From the NCBI GenBank assembly GCA_000182565.2, contig KQ257452.1: DNA of 64,000 bases; one strand, given 5' to 3'. Source of the stretch: Spizellomyces punctatus DAOM BR117. Taxonomy: Eukaryota. Of the stretch, positions 38,800-58,654 are shown one piece after another (within the stretch, counting starts at the first letter, position 1; each line of letters starts with the position of its first letter). The translations under genes were made by a program, and so were the position numbers. The notes under the pieces were generated by a model. That model made no database searches. It was not told where the DNA came from and saw only the letters and a list, made by a program, of their open reading frames with translations.

Positions 38800-41700
38800 T
38801 CAGATTTCGCGACATCGACATCGACAGTCCGACACGGGACATTCTTGGTGCTTTTCAAACCATTGTAGCATATGCACCGCATGCCCACCATGTCGACAGG
38901 TTTGACACCACGTAAACCACAAATCAAAGCCAGATAGAGCAGATCCTGCAAACGGAAAAGCGTCAGAACTTGAACGGGAGATCGGTTACTGAGGAATAAG
39001 GTACCATCAGTGCCAGAAGAGGGCGACGGTTTATCCCTTCTCGAGAAGTACTGTAGATTCTCCGCTGCCGTTCCCAGATGCAAGAGACACAGCGCACAGC
39101 GCGGTAGAGGCTTCCGGCAGTTGGGGCAACTTGTGACCTAGTTTTCCCAAGATCAGATAATGGTTTCATCATTCTTAGATTGGATCACGTACCTTCTGTT
39201 TGCTAGACCCAATCATCAGAGTTCCGAGGGGATTTCCCGCAGCACCCGCCATGTGTGGATTGTTGCCGGGCATGACAGGCATTGGGGCAGCGCTTGACAT
39301 AGCTGTCCCGGTGCTCCTCTTCACTGGAGATGCAAATAGCCCGTTCGCCACTGGTTGATTGCAAAAGTTACATCGCACGTAGATTTGAGGGGGCACGTTT
39401 GCATTATACGGCGTGCTCGGATGGGGAGTATGTGCAACAAACCCATCACCAGCTAGATGCCGTTGTCGAGCAATGTCGAAGCCGGCACGGATGCGATACA
39501 ATTGCCATCGGTCGAGCAAGGTTCGATAGCTGAAGGTGGATGAGTTTTAAGCTTGAGATTTCAAAATTTCACGACCCTACTCACGTTTCGGCCCAATCAT
39601 CCACCCGAGAGTCCAAAAACCGACCTGGCGCAACCATGCTCAGTAACAATGCGGCTGTTTGCACATCCCCTGTCTTATTTAGGTAGTGCTCCATGAGATC
39701 CACCCCAGCTGGTGTGAGTCCAGTAAGCGGCAGCCCGTTAATATCTCCCACCAAGACCATCTTGTTCGTCATTTTATTGATGTACGCAAGTAGCTACAAC
39801 CCAAGGAATGAACTCATGTTACTGATGTGCGACCGAGGTTAATGGACACAGAACGACTTACGTCCTCATCGTTCAAAAAACGAAGCGCTATGCCTATGCG
39901 ATCCTTCATCGAAAGACCTCGTTCCTGCAAAACAATACGCCAGTCACCATCCGAGGCGATGAGAGCAAACATAGATCGCAAATATGGATCTTTGAGATCG
40001 GAGCTAAGTGATCGGCACAAGTCCTGCCATAATTTTGAACCACTCTTGTTACTCGGGACGGTGGAATAACCTGCCAGTGCGGTGGCGACGAGCTTTAGGC
40101 GCTCATCTTTCGGCGGCAACATCATTAGAGAAAGTTACACTTAAGCGCAAAGCATCGAACTAACCTTTACTGGCGTTCAAAGCTTGAACCGCCCGTGTTA
40201 AGCTAGACGAATGGAACAAAGCCCATCCTGCCGCTTTCTCATACTCGCCCGCAGCTTCCATACTGCATTCGAGTCAGTTACGGCCCTTGATATGAGCTCT
40301 GAGCATAGTATTAGCAGACTTACTTCTGGAGAACCTGCTCCAGGGTTTCGTCCGCGCTTCCATCACCGTCGCTGCTATCATCTTTCACATGAAACTGCCA
40401 TCCGCACATCAAAAGCGCAACAGTACGATGTGGGTTGGAATAGCTAATGAAGGGAACGAATGGTTCCGCAGATGGATCACTTGACATATTTGAAACGCTC
40501 GTCGCAGGGGAACTCGCTGTTGGAAATGTTCTTCGTAAGCTGGAAGCTGGTTTCCTATGTTACCTTTACGTCTCATTTAAAGCGGTACAATGTCCCCTCA
40601 CCCGCAGGTGCCATCATATCTTGGATTACGGCTTGTATTCCTTGCCCCGAATAATCTATTCCGTTAATGCGCATTCGATCTTGTGCCGAATTCCGCTTCG
40701 CTCCTGAGAAATATGGCTTCAGCCTAACCGTTCTATTGATCACGATACAGGCCCCATGCTGTGAAGCATATAGAACTTACTGTGAACCCACGCCCAGAGT
40801 TCTCGCAGATCCCTGTCGTCTTCCGTGAGCAATCTGCCATTTTTCTCGGCCTTAAACAGCGTCGTCTCAGCAATGCCTGTCGCCGAGTCTTACAGTGGCT
40901 TATTAACAGTCCACTCACGTTCATCGAATATCCTGCTAGTGCGCGCTTTCTCATAACTACCGAAATGTCGTTGTGAAGGGCATGGACGCTACCCACATAA
41001 GATGCGTGGTCCAACCGTTTCGGAAAGTTTTCATATCCTGAAGACTGTCGTGATAGAAACAGCATTCCATCAATATCCTTCGCAAGTTCACTGACGCTGT
41101 TCGCTTGGCTTTGCAATGCACTCCCAACAGAAGCATCCGCGAGAAGCATTGTGATGGATTTTCCACCGGTGACAGCGAGATCGCCACGAGGAGATAAAGA
41201 GACCTTATAGGTCACGGGAAGACGAGTGATATCAAACTGCTGTTCCTTGGTATTCGTCGCCGTTACAACGTAGTGAGAGAAGTCATCTGACACAGGTACC
41301 GGAATCCAGGCAAATCCTTGAATATGTTGCGATGTTGGCCTCACTGAAGCGGCGAGATCGATTTGTTAGGTAGCCCACCGGATACTACCCTGCTCAACTA
41401 CCTGAACTCACCTTGACGAGTCTTCCATAGGATAGGAATTGTGCTGTCATCTCCGGGGTTTAGATCCTGCGGACTCAACGTCCCGGGTACCACAGGATAT
41501 TCTCCAACCCCGGGTGCAGCGGCTCCAGTACCATTACTGCCCAAAGTTCCTCCATTGCCTACAGAGCTACTATCAAAGCGCGGACCAGGACCATGGCCAT
41601 CGCTGCCGACAGAGCCAGCACCGGCAACCGAAGGCGGCAGATGTGACTCTGCGAGCGCGTCACCGGCCGATGTCGTAGATGGTGCTTCACCTATCGGACT

Positions 41701-43458
41701 TGGCAGCTGGTGCGGTCCAGGTCCCTGTGACTGAGAAGGGACTCGAACTGAGCTACTGCGCGATATTGTCGAGCTGATGTAGTCTGTCGTTATTGTTTCT
41801 TGAATGTCCCATACTTTGAGAGCGGGTGAATCCTTTCCCACTGCTGCAAGACATCCTGAACGTATTGGAGACCAGGAGATCTGAGTGATACCAGTACGAA
41901 ATTCTGCATTGAATGTTAGAGCGTGTGAACGTCAAGGTGTAATAAGCAGATCTCAGATGAGGAAGAAACAAATCAAAATAAAGTGATGAAGGATATTGGC
42001 TCCGTTGTATTGCGCGCGTCCCACAGGCGAATTATGTTGTCTTCGGCGAATGAAGCAAATCGATGGGCGTGAAAAGGATCTGTGGCAATACCAAGCACAG
42101 CTTTTGTAGGTATAACCAGACTGGGTGTGTTATTTCCAGCCGCTATCAGGAATTGTTATCATGAGACACCGGCGACCACACATTCTCCCCTTCCCTTCCC
42201 CAAAGAAGCCAGCAACTCACCTCGCAAATCATAGCCACGTATCCATTTTAACCCCATGCCGGCAACTAGGTGTGGTGAGGATTTGTAGAGCCATGCTGCT
42301 GACGATATCCCTTCCGAGGAACCATACTGGGCTACCGGTTTACTTGGAATCGGATTTCGGCTATATCAAAGGTAAACACATCACTATCTCTGAACATTAA
42401 CAGTACAGCACAGGTTCGGTGTATGAAGTGCCCGCCTACCTCGTCGAAGTCGATGCACTCTTTCCAGATATCTCCGAGACATTTGATACTGAGATTTTAC
42501 GGCTATCTGTAGCGGTAGGCTGTCTACTTTAGCATTTGGTCCGCCGTTGTCCGGAGATCCATCGTTGTCTGATCTGATAGCATACCCAAAACATTATCAA
42601 TGTCTTGACCCAAGTGCGTGCCTGAAAACACGCTGCGGATTCCATCGGTTACAACTGCAGTGCTGGTTCCACCCAATCCACCTCGTCCCTCTACAATTCG
42701 ATCTGCGCTTGGCTCAGTAGGCGTTCCAGCACCATTTAATCCCGAAGAGCTGGCCATCTCTGTATTCCATACAATCAATCCAAAGTCATTCCGAACTTTG
42801 TCCAGTCCAGCAACTAGCAAATGTGGATCAGTTGGACAAAATGCCACAACATTACAAGCGCGGGTGTGTCGGGGCATGAACTCTCCAAGAACTTTGGAGA
42901 CGGGTGGGTTCGATGGCAGTTGAAGTAGTGAAGACGTGGAGGGATTTCGAGAAAGTACATGAGCGTTGGATGGCGTGCTTACAAAGTTGAAGGCCTGAAT
43001 TGTGGTAAGAATCGTTCGGCCGGTTGTATAACCGACAGCTAATAGATCGCTGAACTCTGGATGAGGTGACCAGTCAAAACACTGGTGGAATAAACAAAGG
43101 TTAATTGAATTTCGTTCTAGCGGCTATCAACTCGCCAAAAGACAGGTATATGCAGCACAGATCTACCTTCATGTGGCTCACGTCCGTATTCACAGCAATC
43201 AAACGAATCGCTTCGTCACCCTCAAGTTCCTATAGTACAAAATCAATATAGCTGTATCAACAGCAGCTCATTCCAGTTGACTTACCGGGGACCATTCGTA
43301 TAGACGAAGGTCATTTCCGCCAACCAGGAACAATCGCTGTCCGTCCAGAGGAGACCACACAATCCTGCAATTCGCAGACATTAGCGGTTTATAGTGGCGA
43401 AGAAAGTCAGTTTTCCAGTCAGACACCTCTTCATCCGGTTACTGATATTGGCACTCAT
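38800..43458 (-). CDS. MIOS: GATOR2/SEACAT subunit MIOS (Sea4): WD40 N-terminus and C-terminal zinc ribbon/RING (multi-exon)
   Basis: RACNVVAF...[65 protein letters not shown]...[10 protein letters not shown]. Confidence 0.92.
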
Positions 43459-43714
43459 AGCATTTTGGTATGGGAGAGCTTGGAATGTTTTCCTAGGAAC
43501 TTTGCGTTGCGTTGCGTTTTAGCAATGTCGAGTTGGAAGTTGGGTGTGGTAAGTGTTGGTGAGTCAGGTCTGGATGTGACTGTAGACTTAGTCACGCGGG
43601 ATTCGGCTTACGTGTGTGATTACCAAACGCGCCTGTGAACAATTGTTCACTACCGACCAAGCTTCCAGCTGGTCTGCATGATTTGTACAGCACACTTGAG
43701 ATTGGCACGAAGCA

Positions 43715-45561
43715 ATGTTCCTAAAGTCCAGTAACCTATCGGAAGTGATCGAAAAACCAGAGTCGCCTGAGGACGTTGGGTCCTTACAGAGCGCACATTT
43801 TCTGCCTCGCAAATCCGCATTGGGACATCAGCCGTCCATGGTTGCGACAGCTGGTTCAGGGTTATTGCAGCACATTGAGAGCAAATCAGCGCTAAGGAAG
43901 CAGCCTTCTGCAATAGCAGGCGCTGGATCGGGGATGTTCTCAGTCACAAAGTTGGACGCGCGGAAGTCAAGAGTGTCGCACTCGTTACTACCTGCCAGGA
44001 TCCCGGGAAGCAGCAGCTTGCCACCCCCACCACGCAACTCACTCACCAGCTCTCAGTCGGGACCTGCTTTTGCAAGCGGCCTACTCCCAATATCTGGGGG
44101 CGCAGATGCCTTTACCACTAACCCATCCGCAGGGCCATCTCAAATTGGGAAATCACAAAGCAGACAATCTGTTGCAGAAGAAGGAGACACCCTCGTGGCT
44201 ATACAGCCAATAGCAGAAGAAATACCGAAACATCCGCCTAGTGCTCGAAGATCCTCTGCACTTAAAGTTTTAGATGACGGAATGCCCGAACAGCTCGCAC
44301 TGGCTGTAGCTGAGGCAGAAACAGAAGCAGAGCAGGAGCGTCTAGCTAATCTCGCACGCTCACGCGCCCCGAAGGGCACAACGTCCAGGCGAGGTAGCCT
44401 TGCTCCTTCCCAACGCGAGAGCGTTGAAAATAGTGGCCTATCTAGTGAACCTCATAGCGCGCGCCCTACCTCGCATTTACGGGCCATCGTTGAGCCTCAT
44501 CCCAAAAAGCAGGCACTAAATCTAGACCGTCTTTATCTAAATGTCACCAGATCGACAGAGGAGCGACGAGGACCAGATCCGGGAACATATGACCCTTGGC
44601 CTCTGACCTGGCCGAGTAAGGAGAAAGTAAGATCGGACCGAAAAGCGTCGGGCAAACCAGAAAAAGATGACTGGACGAGAGCGCCTAGGAGATTCCCAAA
44701 ATTGGGGAAGGTAAGTTAGGCTTTCTTGGGCCGCGCGGACATTAGATCCTCGTTAAGGAGCGATATAGAGTACCCTTGGTCCAGCTATATATGTGCCTCA
44801 GCATCGCGGCACGCGTGACTCCCGTCCTTCCAACAAAGCAAGCGTCGTGCTGCGAAGCCGTGTGGGTAGATTTCCAAGGACACAAGGGGGCGTTGACAAT
44901 GCCAACGTGGCTCCAGGATCATATGCAGTAAGTCACTGTCTACTATCCGATGCCTGCCAGTTGATGACTCATGTCTCTTCGAATCTATACGATAGGTGGA
45001 ACCCTGTCATATTGAGCATGGTACGGTGTACCATACGCCATATATTGATATCCTTGATAACTGAAACCCCATGTTGCATAAATAGGGTTTAAGCCCTGGA
45101 TCATGCGTATTGGTCCGCATCTTGGGCGCATCCTTAGTGGTGAGGAGCACACTCCATGGGGTCCTCCTTTGAAGGTTGTACACGACTTCTCGGATGATCT
45201 TGAAGAGGTGACTACATTTTCAGAATCGCGCAAGCGAGTTGTTGTGAGTAGTAATGCGATGAACTGCCAGTACGCCTCCCGCTATTGGCATGTACTGACT
45301 TCAATCTTCAGAATGACAGAATCAAACGTGAAGAGTTGGTAACCGCCGCGACAGTAGGTACTAATGTTAATGCGAATGCTGTCCCTCCGTCTGCAGGAGA
45401 TTCCAAACCGGCACATCCATTCAGTTTGGTATGTCCCGCTTTTTCGATATATTTGAATCCCTTATTCATTGTAACAATCATTCCAGGGATATCTGATTCG
45501 TCCAGTGCCAGTCCCACCTCCACTTCCTCCAACCGGTCTTCCCGCTGGAATACCTGGCTGA
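43715..45561 (+). CDS. Hypothetical disordered protein with PG-rich (SHIPPO/STPG-like) repeats, possibly axonemal (multi-exon)
   Basis: 334-codon first exon; motifs GPDPGTYDP, LGPAIYVP and VAPGSYA, each preceded or followed by R/F-P segments. Exon boundaries approximate. Confidence 0.5.
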
Positions 45562-45706
45562 TAGTCAGAAGTAGCTATCAACTAGACTAGGGTAGCTAGG
45601 ATTGAGATAGACCTATAGATGGGGCTTCATATCTTACTGAGCCCGATGCTTGCAACTTGGTAACTTCAAGAAGTTCCCAAGATTCAAATGGGAGATGGAA
45701 CAGGCC

Positions 45707-46245
45707 TCAGAAGTCCAGAAGTAGCTGAGCAATGACCTTTTCTAGGTGCGCAACACCGATTTGAACCGGAACTGCATCGTCGTCAAAGTCGTCTTTGCGT
45801 CCTTCTAACATCGCCTGCTTTCCGGCCTGCAGAAAGGCCTCTGTGATGCCATCAAATAAAGTACAAAGAGTCAGCATGTCAGTTGGAGAACAAAGAGCTG
45901 ATTCTTTTCCCAGATGGCGACCTTGCACAAATAGGCGAAGGAACTCTGCCGAGAGTTGTAACGCTTCCTTGTTCACTAGAGCGGAGAGAAGACCCCAATG
46001 AGGTGCAGAATAATTAGATTTCATAAGAAAGTTTGTTTTTAAAGGTAAAGTCAATGCGGACTGCATATTCTAACCTTTAGTATTTGGGTCTCGGAATACG
46101 GTCTTGAAGATAGCCCCTACTGTCTCCTGCTCGTTGATGTTCCGACGGACAATTCATTAGAGAAAAAGCCACCACCAAGGTGATGTATAGCGCAGCTGAA
46201 AAGACCGACCGACTTAAAACTGGGACCTTGTCTTGGTTGAGCCAT
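45707..46245 (-). CDS. CENPX: CENP-X / MHF2 (FAAP10) histone-fold protein (multi-exon)
   Basis: Spliced MAQPRQGPSFKS|ETVGAIFKTVFRDPNTK|VNKEALQLSAEFLRLFVQ|EAFLQA...VAHLEKVIAQLLLDF-stop, with the characteristic QLLLDF terminus. Confidence 0.9.
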
Positions 46246-46391
46246 TGGGGACAACTCATCCAGGCAATGAGTAGAGTCTCACACTAGGGCTTCTCTTGAT
46301 GACTAAGCGCGAGTGAGTCATCCACTGACTCCCCTTCTTGCGATCTGACACTGGGACATCTTCGATAAATTCCCAATTTGAGTAGACAGCA

Positions 46392-47655
46392 ATGGTGCGT
46401 CCGTCTACCCACTGTGCGCCTTGAAATATCTCGCTTACACTGAGAATAGGATTTCTGGCCTTTTCAACCAGACGGGAACGGTCGCGATTATGAAGCTGAA
46501 GAGTTGGAAGAGCTTGAGAATGCTGAACTGGAAACAACCCCGTCGCAACAGCCCCGGATTGTGGTATGAATGGTGGTGACCTGGTTATTTATTCGAACTC
46601 TTGTGGACAATACTTCTTGTCATAGTGGGCACCGTCCTCGACACGCAAACTCAACTCTGAAAAGCAGCAGTTGAACGCGAGGATTCTACTTTTGGGATTC
46701 AATGGCGCGGGATCGCTGTTCTTACACGCCCAGTTTGAAAATAAGAAAGTCATAGGAGCTCTACTCCTTCCCGGTGCTGAGTTGGTAAAGTTCTGACTGT
46801 TGCCCTTTGCTGCTTAACGTGGGTTTTGAACCGGTTCATGACGGTCAGGACGGAAGATCGTTGGAAGAGAAGCCGTCTATACAGAACAAGGTAAGCTTTC
46901 CCGTCGTCTGTAATATCCGTCAACTTCTTCTTTGACTGCTTGATAGATGTGTCTCATTTACGAAATAGAGGATGACCCGTCTTGTTTGGTGGTAACGTGC
47001 CAGTATGATGTCCCAAAAGAACAGACTGCCGCCTGGGCTCATGTGCTATTAAATCATATTCAACCTGAGAGGTAACGATCAAATATTCTTTCGGCATGTA
47101 CTACGCATATCTGATCATTTCAAACATAGGACAATTATATTTGATTCCATCACCATTCATGAATACAAGACTGCCAGCGAAGACTTGGCTCCTCCATTCT
47201 TGCGTAAACTCAAAACATCTGCGGCAGAAGAAGTATGCATATGGCATCTTTCCATATTCTCTGTCGTGTGAGCTGATCCAGCTCTTGTACGTTGGTTGTA
47301 GATCGATAACATTGCATATTTGGAACCAGCAAATATGCTCACTGGTTGTGGTGCGGCCATTCTAACTTTGGTATGTATCTCTGTGGGGACATGAGCATCC
47401 TAAAGGGGAGGTTACTGATCGCAATTCTTTGGTCCAACAAAGCTTGAGATACGTCATGCCAGAGCATGGATGTACGTCAGCCTTCTTGAGATGCAGCTAG
47501 GACGCTACGACGTGACAACCGACACGTTACAAGCATTTGAGCCTGTTATCAAGTCGCTATCAAGACAAGACTGGGTGAAGAGAGAGGGTTCACCCCAATA
47601 TTCAAAGCTGATTAATATGTTTAGTAGAAAGGACGTAAACCATCTATACCTATAA
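46392..47655 (+). CDS. PSMG1: Proteasome assembly chaperone 1 (PAC1)-like (multi-exon; largely missed by the ORF track)
   Basis: Spliced M|DFWPFQPDG...acidic stretch; FLRKLKTS; YLEPANMLTGCGAAIL; DTLQAFEPV; C-terminal HbYX tail NHLYL-stop. Confidence 0.72.
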
Positions 47656-47744
47656 ATACATATGCATCTGCACCTATTCTAAAGAACACGTGGGGGTAAT
47701 AATAACATACACACTTGCCATGCCGCTACAGCGACAAATCCACA

Positions 47745-48982
47745 TCACTTGTCGGCTGATAAGCCAACAATGCCGGAAGCGGTGATTTCAAATTTGCAAT
47801 TGGAGAGTGGTAGATGTGGCCCGAAGCAGACCGTCAGCGTTCTTGTGATGTTGCAGGCAGCGGTCTCCGAACCATTAGCGCAAACGATGTCACTCTCTGG
47901 AACTAATGTGTCTCTACGTGACATCTTTATCCGAGTGTTGACAATATTAGACCAAGCAAGTCCCAAAGTAGGCGTCACGGCATCTTCATTCGGATCTTTC
48001 TGAACACATGCTGTCACTCGTAAATACGGATCCCCGCCTTGAATCCCACCGACCGTTGCGTGCGATATAGTATCATTGAATATATCTGTAACTTGATTGA
48101 CGCACACAACGGCTGCATTATATTCATGTGCAAGCTTCTTCAACGAGGCACCCAGTTCGAAAATTGCCTTCGCTCGAGCGGCCGCATCCCAAGAAGCTAC
48201 ATCCTCGTCTCCTCTAAAGTTGGCTGCTATGGAGTCCACTATAACGAGTCGAATATTATGTGTAAGCATCGCTGTAGCCAGATGATATGACAGAATATGT
48301 TGCTGGGTTTCATGATCACGAATGTGGACGATATGTACATTGTCGCTCATGTTCATGTTGGACAGCTGAGGAAATCGCTTTTTCATATGCTGCTCCAGTT
48401 GGGCGAAGCGGTTGATTGGAAAAGTTTGCTCCGTTGCGATGTAAAGAGCTCCTTTTATGCGGAGACTATCAATCTGAGTTGACGGTGCATCATCACAACC
48501 CTCTGGAAAACATTCGGAACGTACCTGACGCAAGCCCGCCCAGCTCCACAGGAAGTTGCGCCATAATGCACAACTGCAACATCAGTTGCGTCTTGCCAAC
48601 AGCGCTCTTGCCATGAACTTCTGTGATGCTGCTTGTTAGTACGCCGCCTCTTAGGACGGCATCAATATATGGATCCCCCACAGACAGTCTATCATATTGC
48701 TGCCTTCGTTCTAGCAAAGCGGTCGACTTGCACAATACGCAGGAATAGACGGCTTCTGATAATATTGTAAGGGTGTCTTGGACATCACGCTGCTCGAGAC
48801 TTGTCCGCGTAGCCAACTCGGTTGCCGACAGGTGTAACACCTGATCAATAGTGTCGAAACAGGCTTAAGAGGTAGAGATCTGCTAATGAGTAGCAGACCA
48901 TGTAGCTTCGGTACTGGTTGAGCTAACCTCTTTTCAATGCGCGATAGATTCGTGGTGGAAGATCTACTTGCTCCAAATCCAT
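47745..48982 (-). CDS. XRCC3: RAD51 paralog XRCC3/Rad57 (multi-exon)
   Basis: MDLEQVDLPPRIYRALKR start; Walker A ITEVHGKSAVGKTQLMLQLC; AQLPVELGGL; YIATEQTFP; Walker B LVIVDSIAANFR; VVCVNQV; PTLGLAWSN. Confidence 0.9.
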
Positions 48983-49151
48983 TACGTGTCAAAAATACAA
49001 ATGTCGTGAATTTACCACATTTGTTGTGAGATTATCATGACGATCAACATGCAAATGGGTCGCTTGCAGCCATCTGATGACTGGCGTCTTCTGCAGGAGC
49101 CACGTAACTGGTTGACTGTGTCCGAATGATGTCCGCCCGCGACTTGAAAAG

Positions 49152-49159
49152 CACGTGAT
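49152..49159. promoter_or_regulatory. CACGTGAT E-box in the XRCC3/POLQ divergent promoter
   Basis: Exact motif, with a near copy CACGTAAC at ~49100. Confidence 0.45.
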
Positions 49160-49368
49160 GTGGCAAAGCCCCGTCGACACCGACACAGCTCAGATTCACA
49201 CTCCAATCACGATCACCATCTTACTTTCGCACTGAACGTCACGAGCAACAATCGACTGTAACAGACGATCAGGATAAGCAGAACGCGGATAAATATACGA
49301 AGTAGAGGCCTGTGTAGCCATCTCCACGCCGAATCTTTCTGAATGGGGCCTTACCTCTCCCGGGAACC

Positions 49369-56413
<7,045 letters not shown>

Positions 56414-56589
56414 TAATTGTGTGTAGAATAATTTAATTCGTAATAGTCTATTGTTCCATATTTTTCTTTTGCATATATGCTCAGGCAGAAGCTCTTTCTA
56501 CGATGGTCTGCTTAATGCGGTTAACTGGGATGACAGGAAATGCCCATGGTACCCAAACCAACAATTGTAAATACTATCACCGAAAAGGG

Positions 56590-57493
56590 TTAATTCTGTC
56601 TTTCGTTCAACTGGCCCACTGCTTCCCGAAGATATTTTTTCTCCTTTGAATAATGATAATTTAGCTGCAATTCGTCATACCGATGGATGCCAACACGGTC
56701 GCCCAAGAATCCCCCGACCAGATCCCGTATCTCTACTAGTTCGTGCCACCGTCTATTTAATGCTACTGCTATCGGAGCAGCGTCTACATCTACTTCCTGT
56801 TGTAACTTGCTGCATCTTTCACGAACGGCCTCGTCGCCCTCCGGATACGGATTGGTTGGCTCCTCAAACGCTTCATCTGGAGAGGGACCATCCATGTCAA
56901 GGACAATGACGGCTCGCAACGCCATCCAGGGACCATGTATGGGGTGTACGCACAGAAAACAGTTTGGATTACGATAGGCTGTGCCCGATAAATGACAAAG
57001 ACGTTGGAAATGGACAAATTCCTTGCCGGTATTGTGCGGATATCGGATCAGATACTGTGTTTTGGATGGGACAGTATTCAGTAATGCAGATTCAATAGTT
57101 TTGGCTGCATAGTCGTCAAGGGGATTTGAGGTGCCTTTAAAGCTCACAAGATTAGACTGACAGCTTCAACAAATGCGAGGCAAATAAACGACGCGCACCT
57201 TCTAGTCGAGATGCCGGGTCTTGTGCCAGGTACGCAATGAACGGGTCCCAAATAGATTTGCTATTGTAGACGAGAATGGCTAGTGTGGAATGAGAGCGAT
57301 CAAAGGTCGGTAGGGGATATGGAGAGCAGGCGGGATCATTATTGTATCCTGAACATTGACATCAGACAACAAGCACCTAGGAAGATAGTAATAACCAGTA
57401 CAAACGTTGTACAGGGAATGGCTGGCTAACAGCAAGACCCGCCGGGGACAAGGCATTGGCCAAGCTCTTGACTAGTTGCTTGTAATTGCTCAT
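56590..57493 (-). CDS. MMACHC: MMACHC/CblC-like cobalamin-processing protein (multi-exon)
   Basis: TLAILVYNSKSIWDPF, VHFQRLCHLSGTAY, CVHPIHGPWMALRAVIVLD and RYDELQLNYHY parallel the CblC motifs (QTAAHVAGAAY, CIHPxxGGWFAIRG, RYSxxQxxYF). Confidence 0.72.
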
Positions 57494-57559
57494 GCCAATT
57501 TCAGTGAGGCAGATCGCAAACACAACAGCAAGTTTCTGATCTTGGGGTTATCTCGTAGA

Positions 57560-57567
57560 CACGTGAC
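57560..57567. promoter_or_regulatory. CACGTGAC E-box in the MMACHC/LPMO-like divergent promoter
   Basis: Exact motif ~67 bp upstream of the MMACHC ATG. Confidence 0.45.
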
Positions 57568-57911
57568 CTGGAGTGTTCACCTGGTGACAAACCCCACACT
57601 CAACATGTATGTTTTTGATTCTACAAAGATGATGCCAATAAAGAATATGTAAATGTTCTTTCCAAAAGAAGATTGTTGCCAAGAGTCCATCATGTCTCCC
57701 GTGGCCATTTGGAGTTGAACGACGACGACGACGACGGCGGCACGACAGTCTCCTCCTCCCATTGCGCGGATTGGAAATTTCGAAATTTTTATTTCCTTTT
57801 CATTAGGTGGTTTCATCAATAATTGCAAGCGTTTCATCTGTTTATTCATCAGCTATATAAAGGATTCTGTTCATTTTAGTCTCGCCCCATTTTGCTACAA
57901 GAATCTTTACG

Positions 57912-58654
57912 ATGATCAAGCGGATATTTTGGGGAGCAGCTGCAGCTGCAGTCGCACTTTTTCCATCTTTGACTAGCGGACATGCCATTCTACTTTTCCC
58001 CACATCTCGCCAGACGGGAACGCAAATGTCTTTCACTGATGTTGGAATCAAGATTGCCACTTTCCCCCCTACTGCTGCACAGCTGAATTCCTGCCTAGAC
58101 TCAACACCCGTGGCTCCCCAGGAAGCATTTGTCGCCGGCAGCGATGTGACTGTCAAATGGAGCATTACAATCCCGCACCAGGTAGCTATTGGATGGAGTT
58201 ATCGAGCCCCAATGTTCTACCTTGGTTGAACGACATTCATTCACAGAACCCACCTGGTGTGCGTGTTGCCGTGCAATATGATCCACAAAGCGACTTTATT
58301 GTCCTCCAGGATAACATTGATGTGAATGCTTTATGTAAGCACAAAGATGGACTTCCTTTCCATGAGACAGCATCTTACTTTTTTTGATGTAGCGGCTACA
58401 CTGAGCCTTCCAGCGGACAAGAGCTCCGACACAGCAGTTCTCCAATGGCTCTGGGCTTCGCAGGAAGATGGTGCGTTTTCACTGTCGTGTGACTGATAAC
58501 CTTTTAGGGGGGTTTTTTTTAATTGTTTGAAAATGTAGGAGGATTCTACATGGCTTGTAGCGATGTTATGATCAAACCTGCAGCGGCTGGGAATACTGGC
58601 TTATCACCGCAGGAGCCTGTCTCACCGTCTGCCGCAACTCCCGCTGGCTGCTGA
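57912..58654 (+). CDS. Small secreted protein with N-terminal His after the signal peptide; LPMO-like (histidine-brace) fold, 4 exons
   Basis: Signal-peptide-like MIKRIFWGAAAAAVALFPSLTSG, then HAILLFPTSR, WSITIPH, VLQWLW and GFYMACSDV. Confidence 0.65.
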
